A stretch of DNA of 64,000 bases from NCBI GenBank assembly GCA_947625725.1, contig CANQPI010000009.1, positions 194 to 64,193 of the forward strand. Reading direction: 5' to 3'. Within the stretch, counting starts at the first letter, position 1. Every line of letters starts with the position of its first letter. A program made the position numbers and the translations under genes. Of this stretch, positions 10,034 through 16,564 are shown piece by piece. Source of the DNA: an uncultured Clostridia bacterium. Lineage in GTDB: Bacteria; Bacillota; Clostridia; Christensenellales; CAG-314. The notes beneath the pieces were generated by a model. The model saw only the letters and a program-made list of their open reading frames with translations, did not search any database and was not told where the DNA came from.

Positions 10034-10570
10034 ATGAACATTTGGCATGATATTGCGCGTAGCAGAATAAATGCCGACGACTTTTACGCCGTCATAGAGA
10101 TCACCAAGGGCAGCAAAATGAAATACGAACTTGACAAGGAAACGGGCTTGTTGGTTTTGGACAGGATATTGTACACGTCAACTCACTATCCCGCAAACTA
10201 CGGTTTTATTCCCCGCACGCTTGCCGACGACGGCGACCCTATGGACGTGTTGGTGCTTTGCTCCGAGCCTTTGCTTGCGCGTAGTCTTGTGCGTTGCTAT
10301 CCTATCGGCGTGATAATCATGAACGACAACGGCTCTTGTGACGAAAAAATTATCGCTATACCCTTTACCGATCCCAATTACAACGGTTACAAATCCATTT
10401 CCGATTTGCCCAAGCACATTTTTGACGAAATGCAACACTTTTTCCGCGTGTACAAGGAGTTGGAAAACAAGCCGACCTCCGTATCGGAAGTACACGACGT
10501 CGAGGACGCCAAACGCATAGTGCAAAAGTCCATTGACGATTACATTGCGCAAATTTTGTCCAAGAGATAG
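10034..10570 (+). CDS. ppa: inorganic pyrophosphatase (family I)
   Basis: MNIWHDI...YAVIEITKGSKMKYELDKETG...YPANYGFIP.TL.DDGDP.DVLVL. RBS AAGGAGG precedes the ATG at 10034. Confidence 0.93.
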   Translation: MNIWHDIARSRINADDFYAVIEITKGSKMKYELDKETGLLVLDRILYTSTHYPANYGFIPRTLADDGDPMDVLVLCSEPLLARSLVRCYPIGVIIMNDNGSCDEKIIAIPFTDPNYNGYKSISDLPKHIFDEMQHFFRVYKELENKPTSVSEVHDVEDAKRIVQKSIDDYIAQILSKR

Positions 10571-10610
10571 TTCGCGCTCGGGCATTGCCCGAAAAAAGGC
10601 TTCGCTTCAA

Positions 10611-10660
10611 ACGCCACACATTTAGTAGGGGAACAAAATCCACTTGTGTGGCGTTTTCGT
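10611..10660 (+). terminator. terminator-like hairpin ACGCCACACA...TGTGTGGCGT + TTTTCGTT (module M1)
   Basis: 10-bp stem plus an inner stem, followed by a T-rich tract. It is the first structure after ppa. The same element recurs at about 11065, 11249, 41139 and 41590. Confidence 0.6.
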
Positions 10661-10945
10661 TGCAGATTATTTTTCGGGCAACACCCTCGCGCCCCTGTGA
10701 ACAATGTCGGAACTCTGATTAGAACTTTTTGTTTTGAAATAAAGTTTGCAACTGTTACAACAAAATAATGCTTTCCATTATAATGGGAAACAATTTCGGC
10801 GACTGCATTAAAAGCCTTCTCTTGGGGACGCAAGAGAAGGGGGACCGTCGTCAGACGGTGGATGAGTTTCGACTGTCAAAGCCGACTAAATATTACAATC
10901 TTTGCCTCTTTGGTTTATTCGAAAAAACATTTTTTTGCAAACGTA

Positions 10946-11012
10946 ATTTGAGTTTTGTCCGCTTGTGCGTTGTGTCCACACGCCCTGCGCTCACTCAAAT
11001 CCCTATTTTTTT
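10946..11012 (+). terminator. terminator-like element ATTTGAGT...ACTCAAAT + T7 (module M8)
   Basis: 8-bp closing stem around a GC-rich interior, then CCCTA and seven T. Copies lie at 41019-41085 and 41473-41536. Confidence 0.55.
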
Positions 11013-11286
11013 GACCAAATATAATTGACTCTCGGGCATTGCCCGAAAAAAGGCTTCGCTTCAAACGCCACACATTTAGTAGGGGAACAAAATCCACTTG
11101 TGTGGCGTTTTCGTTGCAGATTATATAGGTATTCGGGTATTCCGTGTCAAACGGCTTCGCACAGCACTTCGGGTGCTTGCACACAAAACGGCTTCACATA
11201 GTGCCTCGGGCATTGCTCGAAAAAAGGCTTCACTTCAAACGCCACACATTTAGTGAGAGAACACAACTCACTTGTGTGGCGTTTTC

Positions 11287-11570
11287 GTTGCAGATTATTT
11301 TTCGAGCAACACCCTCGGCACTTCCTAGAAGCAAGGATAGTGTTTGTTGCAGATTGTTTTGTAGTGCAACACCCTCAGTGCCCCTTTTACAAGGGCAGGT
11401 GTGTTGCAGATTATATAGGTATTCGGGTATTCCGTGTCAAATGGCTTCGTTTCGGGCTACGCCCTCGTTGCAGATTGTTTGTCACGAAACACCCTCATAC
11501 CTTGCTGGAACAAGGTTGAGTTTGCAACACCCTCGCGCCCCTGTGAACAATGTCGGAACTCTGATTGGAC
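11287..11570 (+). repeat. array of four 55-64-nt sub-repeats (GTTGCAGATT..GCAAC-ACCCTC + variable hairpin)
   Basis: GTTGCAGATT starts at 11287, 11346, 11403 and 11467, giving units of 59, 57, 64 and 55 nt. The array ends in the CACCCTCGCGCCCCTGTGAACAATGTCGGAAC module. Confidence 0.7.
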
Positions 11571-11970
11571 ATCTTGTTTCGAGATAATATTGGTAGCGAA
11601 TGAATTGCTTGCCCTTTGAAAGGATGAAGTGGTATTCGCGTTGTATCAAAACATTGCTTTCCACTATAATGGGAAACGCTGTTTTTCTTTTGCACTCACT
11701 AATTACCGGGTCGGAACTCTGATTAGAACGGTTTGTTTTGAAATAAAGTTTGCAACCGACAAATAATTTCCCCCGTCGAAACACTCGGTGGTACTCGCTA
11801 TTTCGCTAAAACGGTGCTTTCCATTATAATGGGAAGCAAAGTCGGCAACGAAGAAGTAACTTCCTCGGCGGCAATGCGCGCGGTGTTTTTGTTCCGTCCC
11901 GACAAAATTTCGCCCCAAACTTCGCCCGAAACGATTTTTACAATTTGCGCGCAAAATAGCCATCTCCGTA

Positions 11971-11999
11971 TTGACTTGCGCGTAGATTTACTATATACT
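11971..11999 (+). promoter_or_regulatory. sigma-A-type promoter for the DUF2974 operon (TTGACT-17-TATACT)
   Basis: Read directly, ~50 nt upstream of the ATG at 12051. Confidence 0.5.
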
Positions 12000-12050
12000 T
12001 GTGGCATATAGTGATCTATGAGATTGCTACGTAAATTGTGGGGTAAAGTT

Positions 12051-13148
12051 ATGAACATCACATCGTACGTAAAGAAAAATCGCGAAACTTTTGCCGACGC
12101 CCCGTTCAACGAGGTGGACAGTCTTGTTCTGTGCGAACTTTCATATCTTCATTACACTCGGGCGTTTGCGGGCGCGCCGCGCAAAACTCTCCGCGACATG
12201 GCAAAGGACGTCAAAACTCACAACAAAGACACCCTTTTGCCGCTGGAAAACATCGGCTTGCTCAAAGCGATCGCAAACAGCCCCCGTTTTGCCGACGTAA
12301 AGGTGGGGTACTTCCGCGAGCGCAACAGCGTCAAGCGCGAAACGCGTTTTGCCGCAATGACCTTCGAACTCGCGCCCGATCTTCACTATGTGGCGTTTCG
12401 TGGCACGGACATCACTCTGTTGGGGTGGAAAGAGGACTTCAACATGGCGATCGTCAAGGCGATCCCCTCTCAAAAGTTGGCGTTGCAATATTTGCAGACC
12501 GTTGCGTCCAAAGTGGACGGCGACCTGATTTTGGGCGGGCACAGCAAGGGCGGCAATCTGGTGGTGTATGCGGGAGTGTACGCCTCGCCCGAGTTGCAGG
12601 ACAGGTTGCTCGCAATATACGACCATGACGGTCCGGGCTTTCGCACGAACATTTTCGGCGATTCCAAATATCTGCGCGTTGCCGACAAGATACGCAAAAC
12701 CGTTCCGCACGATTCCATTATCGGCATGTTGCTCAACGTCATGGAACGCTACGAGGTGGTGGAGAGCAACAGTTTTTCCGTCATGCAACACAACCCGTTC
12801 AGTTGGCAGATAGAGGACAATCATTTCAAAAAACTCCCCGAAACGGCGCGCACGTCCGTTGCAATGGAACAGACCCTTACTACTTGGATATCCGGTTTGG
12901 ATCGCAAAACCACCCAAAAACTTACAAACGCGATATTCGCCGTGTTGTTCGGCAGCGGCGCGACGACCGTTCCGCAACTGCTTCGCCGTCCTATCGGGCG
13001 TTTACGCAACATGAAGCGGGCTTTTGACGCGCTGGACGACGAGAGCAAGTCGTTGCTCACGGGCAACGGCAAATATTTGATGTCTTTGTGGTTTGCCTCG
13101 ATGAAACACGTGTACGGCATAGTCGCGCCCGAGGTCGATCCGCAATGA
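12051..13148 (+). CDS. DUF2974 (Mbeg1-like) alpha/beta-hydrolase-fold protein, paralog 1
   Basis: MNITSYVKKNRETFADAPFNEVDSLVLCELSYL... with GGHSKGGNL (GxSxG), HDGPGF and VPHDSIIG. The family assignment is from memory. I prefer the ATG at 12051 over the track start at 12018. Confidence 0.78.
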   Translation: MNITSYVKKNRETFADAPFNEVDSLVLCELSYLHYTRAFAGAPRKTLRDMAKDVKTHNKDTLLPLENIGLLKAIANSPRFADVKVGYFRERNSVKRETRFAAMTFELAPDLHYVAFRGTDITLLGWKEDFNMAIVKAIPSQKLALQYLQTVASKVDGDLILGGHSKGGNLVVYAGVYASPELQDRLLAIYDHDGPGFRTNIFGDSKYLRVADKIRKTVPHDSIIGMLLNVMERYEVVESNSFSVMQHNPFSWQIEDNHFKKLPETARTSVAMEQTLTTWISGLDRKTTQKLTNAIFAVLFGSGATTVPQLLRRPIGRLRNMKRAFDALDDESKSLLTGNGKYLMSLWFASMKHVYGIVAPEVDPQ

Positions 13149-14239
13149 ATATCGTAGACTATGTCAAAAAGAACAAAGCCTCCTTTGCCGACAGCCCTCT
13201 CAACGAGGTGGACGGGTTGGTTTTTGCCGAACTCGCCTACTTGAATTTCGGCAGGAGAGCCTCGGGCATGCCCACAAAAACGTTGGGCGAGTTTTCCTCG
13301 AAACCCGACGTCCTTGTAGAGGGAACGCTCTCGTTGTTGAGAAAAAACAACCTGCGTCTGCTCAAAGCGATTGCCGCAAGTCCGCGCTTTGCCCCCGTCG
13401 AGGCGGGGTTTTTCAGAGTGCGCAACAGCGACGAAAAAGACGTGCGTTTTGCCGCAGTCACCTTTCGGATAGGTCAAGGGAAGTATCACGTTTCTTTTCG
13501 CGGGACGGGCGTTTCGCTTGTCGGTTGGCGGGAAAATTTCAAAATGGCTCTTTTGTCCGTTATTCCCACGCAAAGGCTCGCGCTTCGTTACCTCGTTGAC
13601 GTTGCGTCGCGCACGGAGGGCGATTTGACGGTGGGCGGATTGAGCAAAGGGGGAAATTTGTCCGTGTTTTCCGTCACGAACGCCCCCGCGGAAGTCAAAT
13701 CTCGCATACGGTCCGTTTTCAATTACGACGGACCGGGTTTCAAGTTGAGTATTTTCGACGATCCGCGTTACATCGAGATCTCTCCCCGCATACACAAACT
13801 CGTGCCGCACGACTCCATTGTGGGAATGTTGCTCACGTCCTCGCAGGTGTACGACGTGGTGGACAGCAACGGCATTTCCGTCAAACAGCACGATCCCTTT
13901 ACCTGGCAAGTCAAGGACTGCGAAAATTTCAAAAAACTGCCCCAAACTACTCGCAGATCGCAAGTTACCGACGCGGCGGTCACGGAATGGCTGGCGGGAT
14001 TGGACGAGCGCACCCGTCGCAAATTCGTCTACGCCGTTTTTTCCATTGTGGAAGGCAGCGGCGCAAAAGAGGTCGGGGACTTGTTGCGCAAACCCTTGCG
14101 CAAAATACGTCTTATGAAAAAGTCCTACGAACAGTTGGACGCGCCGAGCAAGGAGTTGATCTCGCGAGGCGGCAAGCAACTGCTCTCAATGTGGTTGGGC
14201 GAACTGTTCGCTTTTTCCAAAAAGAAAGCCGAGCAGTGA
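13145..14239 (+). CDS. DUF2974 (Mbeg1-like) alpha/beta-hydrolase-fold protein, paralog 2
   Basis: MNIVDYVKKNKASFADSPLNEVDGLVFAELAYL... with GGLSKGGNL, YDGPGF and VPHDSIVG. The start overlaps the stop of paralog 1 (ATGA). Confidence 0.78.
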   Translation: MNIVDYVKKNKASFADSPLNEVDGLVFAELAYLNFGRRASGMPTKTLGEFSSKPDVLVEGTLSLLRKNNLRLLKAIAASPRFAPVEAGFFRVRNSDEKDVRFAAVTFRIGQGKYHVSFRGTGVSLVGWRENFKMALLSVIPTQRLALRYLVDVASRTEGDLTVGGLSKGGNLSVFSVTNAPAEVKSRIRSVFNYDGPGFKLSIFDDPRYIEISPRIHKLVPHDSIVGMLLTSSQVYDVVDSNGISVKQHDPFTWQVKDCENFKKLPQTTRRSQVTDAAVTEWLAGLDERTRRKFVYAVFSIVEGSGAKEVGDLLRKPLRKIRLMKKSYEQLDAPSKELISRGGKQLLSMWLGELFAFSKKKAEQ

Positions 14240-14322
14240 ACGCGCGCCGCAAAATTTTTTGTTTTTCAAAAAACTTTTGCGCCCCTCGAAACAAAAATTT
14301 TATCCGCTTGTATTTTCGTATG

Positions 14323-14362
14323 ACCGACCGCGCGAAAAAAAAATCGTCGCGCAGTCGGTTTT
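14323..14362 (+). terminator. intrinsic terminator after the DUF2974 pair
   Basis: ACCGACCGCGCGA-A8-TCGTCGCGCAGTCGGT stem (~12 bp, one mismatch) followed by TTTT. Confidence 0.55.
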
Positions 14363-14405
14363 GCATATATAGAATATATATTTTTATCAATCCGCGCAAT
14401 TTGTC

Positions 14406-14434
14406 TTGCGTAATCAAATCAAATTTGGTACAAT
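14406..14434 (+). promoter_or_regulatory. sigma-A-type promoter TTGCGT-17-(TGg)TACAAT placed 7 nt before the rarA ATG
   Basis: Extended -10 element. There is no Shine-Dalgarno between the -10 box and the ATG at 14442, which implies a leaderless or near-leaderless mRNA. Confidence 0.5.
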
Positions 14435-14441
14435 ATTTATC

Positions 14442-15791
14442 ATGGTACAGTATGAACAAAATTCCCTGTTCGAGGAAGAAAAATTGGCGAATATACCGCT
14501 TGCCGAGCGTATGCGCCCGAGAGTTTTGTCGGAGTTTATCGGGCAAAAGCATATAATTTACGACGGGTCGTTGCTTTGTCGCGCCATCAAGGCGGACAAG
14601 TTGGGCAGTTGTATCTTTTGGGGCGCGCCCGGTACGGGCAAAACAAGTCTGGCAAACGTCATTGCCAACACTACGGGCAGTCATTTCGAAAAGTTGAACG
14701 CCGTCAGCAGCGGCGTTTCCGACGCCAAAAAGATAATAGACGAGGCGACGCGCCGTTTCAACGCCTACGGGCAAAAGACCTACCTGTTGTTGGACGAGTG
14801 TCACCGTTGGAACAAGGCGCAAAGCGACTGTATGTTGCCCGCTATCGAAAAGGGTTACATAACGTTTATCGGCTCTACGACGGAAAACCCCTACGTCAGC
14901 ATGACGCGGGCAATCGTTTCCCGCTGTCGCGTTTTCGAGTTTTTGCCCCTTTCCAAAGAGGACATTCGCGACGGCGTGCTTGCCGCGTTGCAACGGGACA
15001 AACTGCTGTCCCGCCGCAAGATCCTGCTGGACGAGGACGCGCTGGAATATATATGCGAAACCGCCTCGGGAGATCTGCGCAACGCCTACAACGCGTTGGA
15101 ATTGGCGGTAATGACCACCGACGTCCAAAATGACGGCTCGGTGCATATAACGCGACTTGTCGCTTCGCAATCCATGCAAAAAAAGGCTCTTTCGGTGGAT
15201 ACGGGCATGTACTACGACATGATTTCCGCATTTATCAAGAGCATGCGCGGCAGTGACGCAAACGCGGCTATGTTTTGGTTCGAACGTTTGTTGGAGGCGG
15301 GCACCGACCCGTTGTTGCTTGCTCGCCGTATCGTGATACACGCCTCCGAGGACGTCGGTTTGGCAGACCCTATGGCGTTGACGGTGGCAACGAGCGCATT
15401 GACGGCGTTTCAGAATATCGGCTTGCCGGAGGGTCGCATACCCCTTACCGAGGCGATACTCTACATTTGCAACTGTCCCAAATCCAACAGCGTAGTCAAC
15501 GCTCTCTATGCCGCCGAGGACGCCGCCAAGAACAATCCGACGGCGCGCGTTCCGCGCTACCTTATGGACGAAAATTTTCCGCGAGGCACGGAAGAACCCG
15601 ACGCTCCCGCGTACAAGTATCCTCACAACTACGGCGGCTGGGTGCAACAGCAGTATCTGCCCGACGAGGTAAAGGACGACGTTTACTATGTTCCGAGCGG
15701 CAACGGACAGGACACGGGTTGTCGTCAACCCAAGCAGGGCAAAGACTACGCCAAACAGCCCGTTCCCAACAAGTGGTTTGACAAGGACTGA
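14442..15791 (+). CDS. rarA: replication-associated recombination protein A (AAA+ ATPase RarA/MgsA)
   Basis: PLAERMRPRVLSEFIGQKHI...FWGAPGTGKTSLANVIA...LLDECHRWNKAQSD; full-length RarA-like. Confidence 0.9.
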   Translation: MVQYEQNSLFEEEKLANIPLAERMRPRVLSEFIGQKHIIYDGSLLCRAIKADKLGSCIFWGAPGTGKTSLANVIANTTGSHFEKLNAVSSGVSDAKKIIDEATRRFNAYGQKTYLLLDECHRWNKAQSDCMLPAIEKGYITFIGSTTENPYVSMTRAIVSRCRVFEFLPLSKEDIRDGVLAALQRDKLLSRRKILLDEDALEYICETASGDLRNAYNALELAVMTTDVQNDGSVHITRLVASQSMQKKALSVDTGMYYDMISAFIKSMRGSDANAAMFWFERLLEAGTDPLLLARRIVIHASEDVGLADPMALTVATSALTAFQNIGLPEGRIPLTEAILYICNCPKSNSVVNALYAAEDAAKNNPTARVPRYLMDENFPRGTEEPDAPAYKYPHNYGGWVQQQYLPDEVKDDVYYVPSGNGQDTGCRQPKQGKDYAKQPVPNKWFDKD

Positions 15792-15793
15792 CT

Positions 15794-16564
15794 ATGATAA
15801 GACTACACAATGTATCCAAAACATACTTCAAGTCGCCCGTAAAAGCGGTGGACGACCTTTCTTTGGAAGTCAAACCGGGCGAAATTTTCGGCTTTTTGGG
15901 ACCGAACGGCGCGGGCAAATCCACGACGATAAAAATCATCACGGGTATTTTGACCCCCGACAGCGGCACGGTGGAAATAAACGGCGTCAACCTTGCGGAC
16001 GATCCTATCGCGGCAAAGTCGCTTGTGGGCTATGTTCCCGACAATCACGAAATGTACGACGCCCTCAAAGGGATAGAGTACCTGCAATTTGTGGGCACAA
16101 TGTACGGCGTTCGCGCCGCCGATCTCAAAAGGAAGATCGACGAGTACGCCGCGCTGTTTGAACTGACCGACGCCATTCCCGACATGATAGGTTCTTACTC
16201 GCACGGAATGAAACAAAAATTGTCGGTGATCGCCGCGCTCGTTCACGACCCAAAGGTGTGGATATTGGACGAACCGCTCACGGGGTTGGACCCTCAGTCG
16301 GCATACCAACTCAAAACTTTGATGAGAAAGCAAGCCGAAGCGGGCAACACGGTGTTTTTCAGTTCGCACGTTATCGACGTGGTGGAAAAAGTCTGCGACC
16401 GTATCGGCATAATCAATCACGGCAAACTCGTAGCGGTAGACACTTTGGACAATATCCGCGCCGACGGCAAAGTTTCGTTGGAAAGTTTGTTCCTTACCAT
16501 AACGTCGAAAAACGAACGGCAGGACGCGCCCGACGACGCGTCTGACGACGGAGAGGGCAAATGA
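15794..16564 (+). CDS. ABC transporter ATP-binding protein
   Basis: Walker A GPNGAGKST, signature YSHGMKQKL, Walker B ILDEP. Confidence 0.9.
   Translation: MIRLHNVSKTYFKSPVKAVDDLSLEVKPGEIFGFLGPNGAGKSTTIKIITGILTPDSGTVEINGVNLADDPIAAKSLVGYVPDNHEMYDALKGIEYLQFVGTMYGVRAADLKRKIDEYAALFELTDAIPDMIGSYSHGMKQKLSVIAALVHDPKVWILDEPLTGLDPQSAYQLKTLMRKQAEAGNTVFFSSHVIDVVEKVCDRIGIINHGKLVAVDTLDNIRADGKVSLESLFLTITSKNERQDAPDDASDDGEGK

Larger units (their letters stand above)
10577..11030 (+). repeat. one complete ~454-nt unit of the repeat family
   Basis: CTCGGG at 10577 recurs at 11031. The corresponding period in locus B is 451 nt (41104 to 41555). Confidence 0.8.
10571..11850 (+). repeat. non-coding modular repeat locus A (structured, ORF-free)
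   Basis: Starts a few nt after the ppa stop. Contains one full 454-nt unit, then a second unit expanded by an internal sub-repeat array and truncated module copies. It is collinear with locus B at 41019-42300. T-runs after the hairpins are on the + strand. Confidence 0.85.

Noticed and set aside
10659-10668. Integron attC core (GTTRRRY) or Xer/dif-like site reading of GTTGCAGATT
   Set aside because: GTTGCAG does not satisfy GTTRRRY. There is no inverse-core partner with the right geometry, and no integrase in the window.
10706-10730. Hammerhead-like CTGATTAG ... GAAA in modules M3-M4
   Set aside because: The core would need CUGAUGA. The G is U in all copies (CTGATTAG, CTGATTGG, TTGATTGG, ATGATTGG), and the flanking helices do not match a hammerhead.
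10768-11028. Conserved small ORFs inside the repeats (MLSIIMGN... at 10768, 11814, 41295 and 42052; minus-strand MRPQEKAFNAV... at 10540-10833 and 41076-41360)
   Set aside because: There is no Shine-Dalgarno sequence. The starts lie inside hairpins (some are TTG). The frames run through terminator-like elements and are broken differently in each copy. Conservation tracks the nucleotide helices rather than codon positions.
11287-11570. CRISPR array interpretation of the GTTGCAGATT sub-repeat arrays (also 41774-41993); M4 (GTTTTGAAATAAAGTTTGCAACTGTTACAAC) superficially looks like a type II repeat
   Set aside because: The conserved parts are short and interrupted. The 'spacers' are ~26-29 nt hairpins that are conserved, with point changes, between the two loci. 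M4 is not tandemly arrayed. There are no cas genes or a leader in the window.
11287-12050. Type III toxin-antitoxin (ToxI-like repeat RNA followed by a toxN-like gene)
   Set aside because: No endoribonuclease-like ORF follows either array. Locus A is followed by DUF2974 genes with their own promoter ~400 nt away. Locus B is followed by a convergent gene.
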